Shown here one piece after another: positions 34,546 to 47,100 of a stretch of 64,000 nucleotides of DNA. The notes below the pieces were generated by a model. The model made no database searches, was not told the origin of the DNA, and saw nothing but the letters and a program-made list of their open reading frames with translations. Position numbers and translations under genes: made by a program. The stretch is from the NCBI RefSeq assembly GCF_009914755.1, contig NC_060938.1; one strand, written 5' to 3'. The DNA is from the human T2T-CHM13v2.0 reference genome, Homo sapiens. Numbering within the stretch: position 1 is the stretch's first letter; every line of letters starts with the position of its first letter.

Positions 34546-34706
34546 AAAACAAGCTTTCTAATTGTTTTTATTTAAGGAGAAAGTTAATCTTATCTCTATT
34601 ATATTTGTGCACATGTTTCTCAACTGTTTCAACATTTTTGAATGAAGGAGTGTGATTAGCACATCAGGAGCAAACCTAAAGAAGCCCAAAAGTTATGTTT
34701 TGGTGC

Positions 34707-35216
34707 TGTGAAAGAAAAATAGACTCTCAGGACCACAGAATCACTAGACAAAAGGGAAAGTTAAGCTTTGGTACTGGGTCACCAGTAGTCTTCCTTTTGT
34801 TCCCAAATAGATAGCTGGAATTTCACAACCCTGTGTTACAGCCTCATTTCCTCTACTCCCTCTTTTCACATGTTTACTTTCTCTTAGGTAGGATGTAGAT
34901 ATACTGAGCAGGAGGTGACAAATAATTCAATTTTTCCTCTACTCCCTCTTTGCACATGTAAAATGTAGATTTTCTGAGGCTAGTCAAAGCCTCACAAGAA
35001 TGTAATCATCTGCCTCACTTGCTTACCTTCTTTCCCTTTTTCCCCCCTCCTGCTTGCTCTTTCCCCATTAAATACCAAAGTTCACAAATCCCCTTTTGGT
35101 AAATACCTAAGACACAGATGCTCCTGTGATTTTTGTGTTTCCCAAGCACTTCTCCAGCCTTGGGTAAATAAAACTCAAATCGGTTGACACTTGTGTCAGT
35201 CACTTTTTGGTTCACA
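34707..35216 (+). mobile_element. MER4-family solo LTR (ERV1)
   Basis: TGTGAAAGAAAAATAGACTCTCAGGACC...TTTTTGGTTCACA. Exact 4-bp TSD GTGC at 34703-34706 and 35217-35220. Confidence 0.88.
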
Positions 35217-35774
35217 GTGCTAACTACTCCAGCATTATCCCATAGAGCACATCTTTCTCTCTAATCTAGTTGCAGGATTATTTGATTCCTCAAACTCATC
35301 TTGTTTCTCCTTCACAAGCACTCCCTCATCTCCCCATTCATATTCTCCAGCAGCACAGTGCCTGGTACATACTATACGCTTTATTGATTGTAATAATTTC
35401 CCCATCTCTTTTCACCTAATGAAATTGTCTTTATTTTTTACATCTTAGTGTCAGTATCTCTTCCTCAATAAACCATACAACTCAGAAGTCTGGTCAGATT
35501 CTCGTCTTATATACTCTGACACACAAGATCCCTTGTCTTAGGAACCATTATATGAATGTGTTAGTAGATAACTAATCAGAATATTAACAAACTCCTGTTT
35601 TCTCCTCTACCCTGGAATGTTCATAAGTGATCTCTTTTTGATCACCATAATTAGCACCAATAACTACCAAAATCCCTCATACGCTCCAAGAAATATTTGC
35701 TGAGTATATAAACGTTGAGTTATTTATTTTGTTTGAAATACTTTTGTGCTGTTTTTTTAAAGTGGAATAAGCTG

Positions 35775-36020
35775 GAACAGAAGAAACAGTGAAAGAGAGA
35801 ACCAAAGAACAAGAGAATGAACAAAAAATGAAAGATAAAAGGAAAAAAGGAAGGAGAATGGAAGGAGGGAGGAAGAGAGGAAGAGAGGAAAAGAGGGGTG
35901 GAGGGAAGGTAGAAGGCAGGAAGACAGGAAGGAAGGACGGAAGGAAGGAATGAAGGAAGGCAGGAAGGCAGGCGGGCAGGCAGGCAGACAGGCAAGCAGG
36001 AAGGTAAAACAAAAGAGAGA
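35775..36020. repeat. Purine-rich low-complexity tract with (GGAA)n and (GCAG)n
   Basis: Read directly from the sequence. It generates the spurious P/L/S/F-rich minus-strand ORFs. Confidence 0.9.
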
Positions 36021-36759
36021 ACTTACAAATAGATGGTGAGTCACAGCTCCATTCTCATTTTTAAAATATAAGAAAAATCTTGTGTATATGTTGTGTTGTC
36101 ACATTTTGAATGCTTTTTCATGTTTGCTTTTACCACCTGCATGTAACTACGAATTCTAGAGTTAACACATAAGCTTGGCCTTTCAAAATATGTCAAACTT
36201 GCCCTTGGAAAGTACTTTTTGAGAATTTCCAGGATGTAGGTATGTGAGTTTTGGGGGAAAGCTGTTTCTTCAGACTCATGTATATAATTCTGTACATTCT
36301 GGAAGAGGACAATTTTTATGGCTGCTGTGATTTTATATATTTTATCAAGTGTGAATGTATTATATCCAATTGCAAAGTTACAAAGATTATATACATAAGT
36401 TTGCAAGAAGGAAACTATGGTATTTTTGTTTAAGAAATTTGATATAAAATATGTTTCACATTTAAACATCACATACATGACAAACACCCAAAGCTCTTTG
36501 ATTAGCTGGTATATTTGCATATGTCATTATATCTGGTTTGACTGCTCTTCCACTTTTTTTCCCCAAGCTAAAACTCTGTCATTATTTGAGACCCAGGTAA
36601 GAAAGATTAAGCCTTCCCTTGCTACTTCAGTTAGAAAATACGTGCTCTGTAATTTGCACATAAATCTATAAAAATATTTTCATTTTAATCTAAATGGAGT
36701 TTTACATGTTTATATGATTACTACTCCTAGTCTGGTTTTTAAAATGTCTGTCCATTCAT

Positions 36760-37260
36760 TTCACTGTCCTGTATAAACTCTTCAATGTCTTCTCCTTGCA
36801 TAATCAAATTAGGATTCCCTCTCTGGGACATCAAGAAAAATCTGTATTATCTTGTGTTTTCATACCTCTCTTGTGCCAACCGGAATCATTCATTACATTC
36901 AGTATGGCTTCTTTTTAGTCTTCAAACTACTAGGTCCACATTGCCTCAGAACTTTGTTTCCTTGGTAGGTTCTTCTAACTAGAAAGCTCTTTCACAGGCT
37001 CTTACATGGCTTCTCTCCCTCTGCATGTATTAGGTTCTTAGTCCTAGCTAACCTTTACAGAGAAATCTACCTTACCAGTCTGTCTAGTATCCTTACCTCC
37101 TAGATCTCCAACAGACATCTGTTCATTGCTTCATAAGATTTAAAACAATCTGAAATTGTCTTGCTTATAGATTTTATGCATTGATTTTTTTAAATCTTCC
37201 TGAAGTAGAATACGATCTCCATAAGGGCAGAGCTTTGTCTGCCCTGCTCACCATTATACT
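36760..37260 (+). mobile_element. L2 fragment
   Basis: ctccataagggcagagctttgtctgccctgctcacc and upstream segments resemble the L2 3' region. Confidence 0.55.
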
Positions 37261-37268
37261 CGTATATG

Positions 37269-37381
37269 GTTCCATTATTGGAACTCTAAGCACGTGGGAG
37301 TGATTTATATCTTGCTGCTCAAGGTCATCGCTAAGGTCTGATTTCAAAATTCAAAAAATTGCAACCTCAGGCATAAATGGT
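37269..37381 (+). mobile_element. MER85 piggyBac MITE (PGBD3-derived), 5' TIR lost
   Basis: GTTCCATTATTGGAAC palindrome, then ctaagc..gtgggag..atttatatc..ctgctcaaggtcatcgc.aaggtctgattt, then ttgcaacctcaggcataaatgg and a TTAA target site at 37382-37385. Confidence 0.9.
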
Positions 37382-37512
37382 TTAAAAATATGTCCCTATT
37401 TTTTGAAACTTCCTTCAAAAAATGGAGCTTAATTCCCTTACTTTTGAGTGTGAACTTAACTCCATAATAACTTGGCTCCAATGAATAAAAAAGAAAAGTG
37501 TAAATGATAGCT

Positions 37513-38601
37513 TCCTAGTTCATACAGGTTGCTATAATAAAGTATCAGAATGGGTGGCACATAAACAACAGAAACCTATTTCTACAGTTCCGGAGGTTGG
37601 GAAGTACAAGATAAAGGCATAGGAAGGTTCAGTGCCTGGTAAGGTCCTCCTTCCTGGTTCATAGATGGCCATCTTTTCATTATAACTGAACATGGCAGAA
37701 GGGGTGTGGGATCACTCTGGGGTTCCTTTTATAAAAATAATCCCATTTGAAACTGCCTTTGCAAAAATTATAACTGAGGAAATTATGAAAGTGAAAGATC
37801 AGACCTAACTGACTCCATCTCACTTAGAACATAAAACCTGTCCTTGTTCATTGCTGGGCATAGACTGAACTAACTTTGGGAAGGAATTCAGTTCATGGTT
37901 TCATTCTAAAATAAAATTGATGATAGCCTTTCCCCCAAAAAGACCTCCTTCTTGCCTGGGATCCAGTCTGCTTTTGCAGGACTAACAAATTAGCTACAAG
38001 TTTAGAAATTATGGTTTAGGGGTCATGCAACTTGTGGTTCCAAGAGTCTAAAACTCCCCAAATTGCTCCTGGGGAAAACATCAGTATTGTAAAACCTAGG
38101 ATCAGTGCTTGAGATATTTTGCAGACCCTGCACTGGATGGATCAGTTGACACCACCCAGACCAGTAATCTGTCTCAACCATTTTTGCCATCCTACCCAGG
38201 AACAGAAGACGGCAAGAAAACCTCACTTTGATCCACTATGATTCCATCTCCAACCTGACCAATCAGCACTCCCCTCTTCCCAAGCCCCTGCCTGCCAAAT
38301 TATCTTTAAGAATTCGAATCTCTGACTGTTCCGGGAGGCTCATTTGAGTAATAATAAAACTCCAGTCTCCCGCACAGCCAGCTCTGCATGAATTACTTTT
38401 TCTCCATTGCAATTCCCGTCTTGATAAATTTGCTCTTTATAGGTAGCAGACATGGTGAACCCATTGGGCTGTTATAAATTCATGAGGGCTGTACCCTCAT
38501 GACCTAATCACCTCCCAAAGATCCCACCTCCAAATACCATCACATTGGTGATTAGGTTTTAACAGATGAATTTTGGGGTACACAACATTCAGCTTATAGT
38601 A
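37513..38601 (-). mobile_element. MLT1A/A0 LTR, interrupted by LTR8
   Basis: gctataataaagtatcagaatgggtggcacataaacaacagaaa...aatcccatt | catgagggctgtaccctcatgacctaatcacctcccaaag. Confidence 0.85.
37748..38476 (+). mobile_element. LTR8 solo LTR (ERV1)
   Basis: TGAAACTGCCTTTGCAAAAATTATAACTGAG...GAACCCATTGGGCTGTTATA. Imperfect 4-bp TSD CATT/AATT. Confidence 0.88.
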
Positions 38602-38799
38602 CATACTGTGGGACTTCTGAGACAACATCGTAAAAGGAACTTCAACTTTTTGCTTGCTCTCTCTCTCTCTCCCTCTCTTTCTCTGTTGCAGTTTGCTATG
38701 GGAGAAATTAGTTGCCTTATTGTGGGAACACTTGAGCAGCCTATGGAAAGGCCATGTGGTGAGGAACTGAGGCATCTTGCCAAAGCCATATATGGGAGC

Positions 38800-39440
38800 T
38801 GCTGGGACTTAGAAAACAATACCCCCAAAGTAAAGCCTCAGAAGCAAAAGATTTTCTCTGGTCTTCTTCTTCCCTCCTGCCTCTGAGTGGCACTCTCCCC
38901 TGAGCCTAGCCATGTAAATTAGAATCCTTCTTCCCCAAGGCAGGTCATAGAAACCAGACCCCCTTTTCCCCAAAGCCAGCCATAAAACTTACACATATTA
39001 CTCTAACTTTCCTTCGGCCTTTCTGTGTAAAACTGGCCATACAAGAATTATCTGATCTTCTTTTTTGAGTGTAGGTTATGAGACCCCAATTCCAGAGAGT
39101 TCTACCCTATATCCAGAAGGAAGGAATGCATGCTCAGAGAGGCCAAGAAGTTTCTAGACAGACAGGCCTTGATGGGTTTCCCCACTCAGTCTATTAGCTT
39201 TGGATCATATTCTTTTTGTTCAATCATGTTTCTACATGCCTGGCCATACTTGGTTGAACTTAAGTACAAAAATGGACAATTTCTCCTCTATTTTGGGATC
39301 TTCATTCTGAAGGCTCTCGTGTCACATATAATTATGACCAAATACATTTGTATGCCTTTTCTTTTATTAATCTGCCTCTTGTCAGTGATTTTCAGCAAAT
39401 CTTGAGAGGCTGAAGGGGAAGTTTTCCTTTAGCACAGACA
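38800..39440 (+). mobile_element. MER39-like solo LTR (ERV1)
   Basis: TGCTGGGACTTAGAAAACAATACCCCCAAA...gtcagtgattttcagcaaatcttgagaggctgaaggggaagttttcc. Flanks GAGC/GAGA. Confidence 0.75.
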
Positions 39441-40394
39441 GAGATATTTTGGAAATAATTTCTCCAATCCCTATCAATATCCTGACTGCAACCACAACAG
39501 TGAATCTGAGCCATACAAACACAGCCAGAGGTTTGCCAGTCCCAATTCCTGACTCCCAACAGGAAATTTAGGATAATGAGTGTCTTTGATAGCACTTAGT
39601 TTTTGTTTAAAATTTATGTAATATTTAACTAACATACTCTACTAGCTAAAATATTTTGTTACCATGATAAGTTCTCATTAACATTCTTGAATAAATGAAT
39701 GAATTAGTTGATTTTCAAGCATTAATGGAGTAAAATATCCAATCATGAAGAATAGTGCTACAGCTAATTCATGTTTCAACTTCTGCTAAGCTCATGTTTC
39801 TGCTCAGCAGTTCTTACTTTGCCACTATACAACTGCCTCAGCTCCTTTCCTTTTCACACTAAGGCAATGAATGTGCCTCCTAATTAAGGAAAATAAAACA
39901 GCATTGTGGAGAAGGACACTTTTGTTACTTCTTTTTGTTGTTGTTGTTGCTGTTTTTAATGAATGGTTTCTGAATCCTTCCCGCTTGCTTTAGAGAAAGA
40001 TGTTTCTTTCTCTTCTAGGTTTACCTGGAGTCTAACATAATTCACTTATTTATTAATTTATCCATTTACTGCCCATAGGCTTTCTATTATAACACAGGAT
40101 CTAAATTGGGTGCTTTGTTAGTAGGGATAAGTATTAGAATGTGGGGATAAACACCCAAACATAAGTTACAGTATAATGTAATAAGAACTGTAATAAAGCT
40201 ATGGAACAAATTTTATGATGCAGCAGATGAGGTGGAGGGTAGAGTGTAAACCAAAGCATGACTTCATAGAGGTAAGCTTTGAAATATTAGGAAAAAATTA
40301 TCAAGCATGTTAGCTGAAGAATGGCATTTATATGACGACACAGAGGTCTGGAACTGGCCATAGAGGAGGTATATATTATAATTACAAGATGTGA

Positions 40395-40685
40395 TTTCTT
40401 CTGTCTAGAATGCTCTGGACTCTACCTAGAAAATTCCTTTAAGTCTGTTATATCAGTAGTGTCATTTATGAGTCTTCCAGGCACAGCTTGCGCATTTTTT
40501 TTTTTTTTTTTTTTTTACTGTTCAAAAGAACATACTTCATTCTCCTGTAACTTTTCTCATAATGTGTATGCCTTCTGACTGGGAGATAATTCTGGGAAGA
40601 GGACATTTTTTCCCCACTAAAATAGTTCTTATTCCAACTCCTGGCACAGAGCAGGAGATCAATAATTGTTTGTTGAATGAAAAAA
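40395..40685 (+). mobile_element. L2 3' end fragment with internal poly-T
   Basis: cctggcacagagcaggagatcaataattgtttgttgaatgaa is the typical L2 terminus. Confidence 0.55.
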
Positions 40686-40799
40686 TATATACCCACAGAG
40701 AAATATGGAATTAAATTAAATACTCAAACTAAGCCTCCGAGAATATTTCCTGGTATGTGGACATAATTGAAGGAAGCATAAGTAGAATTTCATTTAGTT

Positions 40800-41177
40800 T
40801 GAAACCAACCCAATTTTCGCATAGAACTGAAGCTTGAGAAACTTAGACTTGTCTTATATGAGTTCCTTTATCAGTAAACCTACCATCAGGCCTCCCAGCT
40901 AGTATGGAGGAACTTAAACTTTCTGGATCACTGTATCTGGACAATGAGATGCACCTGCTGCCTGTTGACAAACTCCTCTTCTTTAATCTTTCCTAATTCC
41001 CTGCTCTGCTATGTAAACCCCTAACTTTAGTCATTTAGGAAAGGGACAGGTTTGACAGTTAAGCTGATGTTACCCACAATAAAGCCTTTCTTCCTTGGCA
41101 ATACTCATCATCTCAGTGATTGGCTTTCTGTGCAGCGAGCAACTGGACCTAGGCTGAAACTTTGGCATTCAGCAACA
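40800..41177 (+). mobile_element. LTR47-like solo LTR
   Basis: TGAAACCAACCCAATT...ccatcaggcctcccag...aataaagcctttcttccttggcaatactcatcatctcagtgattggctttctgtgc...AGCAACA. Confidence 0.65.
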
Positions 41178-42112
41178 ATTCCAGTAATTATGTCCAAAGT
41201 CTACAATGCAAAGATAAAACTATTATATCAGAATTTTTAAAATACAGAAATGATCTTCTAGATTCAATTGTATCTAGATAAAGAAAACAGATGTTATAAC
41301 CATAATTGAAGTCAACACAATGGGCATGAAGCTGACATGGAAATATATTTGTCTTAAAAATATATATGGCCTTTGAATTACTCTTAACATCCTCTTTTGA
41401 ATAAAGGGAAAATGATAAACTTATATGCCAATATTTACAAACATGCTATTTGTCCCGTTTTAACTGCGTCATCTGTCATCATAATACTCAATAATTTTAG
41501 AGGTTGTTGTGTCCTTCCAACATATTAATTAGTACTTTTTAATGAAGCTGTATTATTTGGACCAGTTAATTAATTTTTATGTTTTTTACCAATGGCAAAT
41601 TGCCTGGGAGATCAAGATATTTAATATATTTTACAGTTCTGTTATGAAGGGTTCCTAGGTAATGTGGAGAATTTGTAATATTTCGGTGGTATTCTCTACT
41701 CTTAGGGATCTAGTCAGAGATGAAAGTAAGCAAAAGAAAATAGCCACCAGGTGAAAAACGTGCCTAAGACCAAAGTTGGAAAAATAAACACTGAGGCCAT
41801 AGCCAATGCCTTTCTTTATATCACACTAATTGTTTAAATGAACTAGAAGGGAGACTTAGTTCACTCATTTATTTCTAACCATGAGGTTTGGTAGTAATCT
41901 TATCCATAGGCTGTATATTTGGATGATACCAGCCATGCAAATTTTAAGTATGTAATAAGTACCTTTTAGCCCATTATGAAATCATTCTGTAGCTAAACCA
42001 CATTGAAATTTGGTCACCCATTAAACAAATCTGGACAAAATTGATATCTAAAATATTATTCTCTAGTCAATGTACTCTTACATTTTTCATTATGTCTCTA
42101 TTTTTATTTAGC

Positions 42113-42616
42113 TTTTTTTTTTTTTTTAAGGTGGGTTATTTTATGTATTTATTTTTTTAACTCCACTCTGTATTTTAGCTAAGAGAAGCAGCTTTGGAAC
42201 TTCTGAAGTCTGTACATCTGTGCGGCCCCCAAGGATTACTTGTTTTAAATATTGTTTTAAAATTCTAAGTTTATTATGGGTCAACTTGATTCTTTTTTTT
42301 ATTATTATATTTTAAGCTTTAGGATACATGTGCACAACGTGCAGGTTTGTTACATATGTATACATGTGCCATGTTGGTGTGCTGCACCCATTAACTTGTC
42401 ATTTAGCATTAGGTATATCTCCTAATGCTATCCCTTCCCTCTCCCCCCACACCACAGCAGTGCCCGGTGTGTGATGTTCCCCTTCCTGTGTCCACGTGTT
42501 CTCATTGTTCAATTCCCACCTATGAGTGAGAACAGGCGGTGTTTGGTTTTTTGTCCTTGCGATAGTTTGCTGAGAATGATGGTTTCCAGCTTCGTCCATG
42601 TCCCTACAAAGGACAT
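42113..42616 (-). mobile_element. Short L1PA 3' UTR (42293-42616) with a ~165-bp 3' transduction and distal poly(A)
   Basis: Antisense L1PA 3' end. Second poly-T at 42113-42127. TSD ATTTAGCTTTT at 42106-42116 and 42615-42625. Confidence 0.88.
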
Positions 42617-44199
42617 TTAGCTTTTCTTGTAAACATTTTCCACAAGACTTACAATTTTTATCTTCAAGCAAAGATTTGCATCTCAGCTTTTTACTGTTGA
42701 GTAGTTTTTGTTCCTTAAATGTTAGTTTACTCATCCTAACTTAAAGTTCCACAGTACATTTGTAGTATATTCACCTTAAAGGCATTAGAGAAAAAATTAT
42801 TGGGAATTCTTGTAGCTGTTACTCTTGTACCCCACCTACAGAGAAAGTATTTAACAAAATTTTAATTATATATGTTTTGAATATAATTTGCTCTTTAACA
42901 ATGTGAAGACATTCATATGCACCAGAGAATAATATGCAACTAAAGACAGAAAATTACTTCTCTTAAAATTCAACAAAATGAGAGCATGCATTTTTCACTA
43001 AGAAAGTTTTTGCTAGAAAAAAACAGTATATTATACTGTATATAATAATTATCCCTCAAAAGTTAAGTCTATAATGGCAAACTAAGTAAAAACTAAAACT
43101 GAATAGGCAAAAAAAAAAAAAAAAAAAATCCAATGCAGCAAATTCAGAGTTTTTAAAGTATACAATAAAGTTAGAAAATGTACTAACGTAATTTTACTTG
43201 AATACTACATATTCTGAAAGAAGACTAAGGAAACTACTTTGTATTTAGATAGAAAAGTCTGAATTATAATTACATTTTCCCCATAGCAACTTGAATGAAA
43301 CTAATTGAGAGACACTGATTTTTTGTTTGTTTGTTTTATAATGACCAGTATAATTCTTTCTTTCTAGTATATGCAATAATTTTTAAAAAGATAATTTTTC
43401 AATTATCTAATTTAATTTCTAATGATATTAAAATTTTTGCTAAAGTTGTTTTTCAGTTCCTGAAGAATTTTCCTTGTGAGGTATTTTCCATATAGGAATA
43501 CAATATAAGGCATTGCAAATTAGAGTGAATTTATAAATGTCCTCAAATTAAAAGGATTTCCTTCTTCTTGTGTAGATATTTTAGTAAAGCTGAGGTGATC
43601 TGTGTAATTTTTATTGTGGCTATAGAGGTGTGCAGAAGAGTGATTTTCTAGCTTTTGATTCTGCACATATTTAGAACATAATTATTTTTTAAAGTACCAA
43701 TCATACAAAGGGAATAATAGTAATAATTTATTTTGTACTAGTTATCATTCAGTAATATAAGCAGAAAAGTAATTCAATTATGATCTTAATATGCAAACCT
43801 ATTTAAAATATGATGATCAATTTTGCCCCTTCTCTGAACAGTAAAATAAGAAATAATAAATACAGGATAAATCTAAAGGATTGCCTTTAAATACAAGAAC
43901 TTTATTTTTACAGGAAGTATCATTAAGGGTAAAAGTAGATAATCAAATTTTAAGAATTGTATTCTAGTTATGTTGCTGCAAAAAGCTGCATAGTCAAAAT
44001 GTAGATTATTTCAATATAGATCTCTCCTTAAGTCAAGAGAATGTAATTCTGTGAAGATTCAGGAGTTAAGTGAATAGTAATCCTGATATCTGTGAAATAA
44101 TTTCTTTATGATATAAAAAGTTTAATTCTGTTCATATCAAGTTAAGTTTTCTCAAATATATAGTGCATGATCAGTCAAAAAAGTTAATGCAGGAAAAAG

Positions 44200-44560
44200 G
44201 TGGATACAGAGCTAATTTCAGAAATAGGAAGATGAATCCTATTTGTCTCATCTTCCTCATCATGATTTGTTGTACATCATGAGCAAAATTATTGTGTTTC
44301 ACAATTCTAACATCACTTCATCACCATGTTCAGAGTTCAAAAGGAATTGTCTTATATTGAATTTCATTTAAGTGCAAGGAAAATCTATGAGAAACTCTAC
44401 AATAGACCTACCTTCATATTGCATTGGCCAGAATTATGTGATATACCATGACTAAACCGATGAGTTAGCAATGGGAGCAAGACAACCATGATTGGCTGTG
44501 ATTAATCAAGGTAAGGCTGAGGAGAAGTCACTTCCCTGAGCTCATGGCACAGCAAGGAAG
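44200..44560 (-). mobile_element. MLT1J/K-like LTR fragment
   Basis: ccttcatattgcattggccagaattatgtgatatacc...accatgattggct resembles old MLT1. Confidence 0.45.
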
Positions 44561-46469
44561 AAGCAATGGAGGACTAGACCTGGGAAAAGAAGTATCTGCT
44601 ACAGGTTTTCAGGAATCCTGAGACTGCAAAAATTTTATTCTTTTGAGATATTGCAATGCATTTGAAGCCATGAGGGTGATAGTATAGAAGGTATCATACT
44701 CTACACATAGAAATTCTGGGTTTTTTCTATACAACAGATCTGGAGAGTTGAAAATTAAACTTTATTATCTATTGTAGAAACATTTAACTAAACCCAGCAT
44801 GTCAATTACACAATGAAAGTTAACAAAGAACAGAGGCTGAAAAAGTATCTGCTATACATTGAAAGTACCCCTGTAAGTGTAGAAATCAGGGAACAACCAT
44901 AGGAACAAAAACAATATGATGCATTTTTTTCCTCTGTATATTTCACCTGAGACTCTTAATAGTGCTACGTGACTAGGAGAAAAAGCAAGTATTGTGGGCT
45001 GTCCACTCAGAATAAGGGCTTATTACATTGTGACACTCTGTAAGTGAGCCAAGTTTTTTGACATTTCTTTTTTTCTTTACCATCATTATGACAATGATTA
45101 TTACAATTCTAAATCTAGTCAAATGCAATTGGATATGATTTCATGAGTCTTGAAAAAACACACTCAAAATGTCTACTTGTTTGATTTTTCTCTGGATATT
45201 ACCAAAAATATGTCTTTTGTTTATCTCTTTCAGTGTTCCATTGTTTTAATAAAATATAAGCATAATAGAAAAAGCCTTATGTTAATAGTTTCAACAGAAA
45301 ATCTTTTTTGCATTTTAGTTGATTAAACCAGAAAATTAGCCGCATTCTCTGTTTACTGTATCGTATCATGCTTATCTTCTCTAAAGTAAGCTCCCATAGA
45401 ACAGAAAATGTTTTATTTATTATTGTATCATCATCTATTTTAGTAGAAACTAGATAGATTTTTAATTAAAGTGAGCTATAAAAACCAATAATGCCCATTT
45501 TCTGATAGTAGCAATTCTGAAATCCAGCAGGGATATGTTTGGCCGATTCAACTCCATTTAGTTAGAGCAAATAGCACATGGTCTAATATGTTTCTAGTTT
45601 ACACTTAGAAAATCCTCTTAAATGTCTGGGAAAATAGCAATGATATGTTTTCAAATATTCTGTATTGACTGAGTGGACACACTATTGGTAATGTTATCAA
45701 TTGCTACCTCAGTTACATTCCACTCAAAAGCCATTTTTGAACCTGTCACCAAGATTTTCGTATTTCACTTGAACATCACGCTGTCATATATCTGATAAAG
45801 AAAGATATACTCCAGTATTTCCACTGATTTGTAGTGGTGGGCCACTATTTGAATGTGAGATATTTTAAAAGGTTAAAATCATTTCAGTAATCATTCTGTA
45901 TGAATGGGTAGGTTTCCATCAGGTAGCAAGGAGTTTGGTATATCATCCTTGTGGTTATATGCCCAAATGCTCAAATTCTAAGTGCTGTCATTTGCATTAT
46001 TAAGTTTAATAATGTTCATTTGACCTAACCTGTGCACTCTGTGGGACTGATGAACCTCGAAGGAGATTGCCTATCTCCCATATAAAAAAAGCCAATAAAA
46101 TGTTAAATTTTTATACTCATATATATCAAAGTGAAACACATGATCTTTTTCAAATGGCTTTTGGAATGTTTCTTTCATTGCCCTTGAGAAGAATTAGCTG
46201 TAAGAAATAACTACTTTAATGTCAATTCATGAGACCCATAGTAAGTCACTTAATCTTTCAATATTTCCCTTCCTCTTATTGCCTCATAATTACCATATTT
46301 AACAATGCTGACCAGCTTCTGAAAATTACATAAGGAATAGTTAGCCAGTGCAATTTGCCCAGACTTTCTACTATAACTGGGCTCCCAGCCTCCAGTTTCT
46401 CCTGCCAGAGAAATCTCCCTCAAACTCAGTTCATATCATGTTAATTTTATGAATTATTTTTTATTCTAC

Positions 46470-47100
46470 AAATATTTACTGTTGTATTGAAACTTTTCTC
46501 TGTGCCATGTTAGAACATCAAAAATAAACACTACATCAACCAACTTATTGATTTACTGAAGACAAAAACATAAGTAAACAAGTACGAAAATGTGTTAACA
46601 GTTTAATGATAGATGGATATGCAGAGTGTTAAAGGCAGAGAGGTCAGAACACTTAATGCCTCTTAGATTAATTGGTTAAAGGTGTAAGGAAATCCTTTAT
46701 AAAGAAAAAAGCAACAATTAAATTTTAAATAATCAATATAATTTACATGGTAAATATGTTAGGGAAGTTTGAAGAAACTGTTCAAAAGCGAGATGTGTAA
46801 AGCAGGTAGTTTGGAAAACTCTAAGAAAGCTGGAAAATCACATATGAACTAATAACGTAATGTGCACCCTGCTTAGGACTTTGGATTTAAATTGATATAA
46901 TGAAACATTAAACAAAGAATAATGAATTTGACACAGGAGAAGGTATGATCAGATTTATGTTTTAGAAAATCGCTCTTAGATGGATCACGGATGTACCAAA
47001 AAAGGGAAGAATTATGGAAAAATAGATGCCGAGAGAGCAGACAAGAAACAGTAAGTAACAGTTTGCAAAACAGTGGGCAAAGAAAGATGAACCAAATACA
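46470..47100 (-). mobile_element. L2 fragment
   Basis: caaatatttactg... and gtatgatcagatttatgttttagaaaatcgctct resemble antisense L2. Confidence 0.45.

Larger units (their letters stand above)
37390..39637 (+). mobile_element. MLT1F-like LTR, split into three parts by nested insertions
   Basis: Pieces at about 37390-37510, 38605-38799 (aggccatgtggtgaggaactgagg) and 39441-39637. Confidence 0.7.

Noticed and set aside
35677-36520. Several 90-160 aa minus-strand ORFs
   Set aside because: Those over 35677-36044 are artefacts of the low-complexity purine tract. ORF 36041-36520 has AT-biased composition and no recognisable homology.
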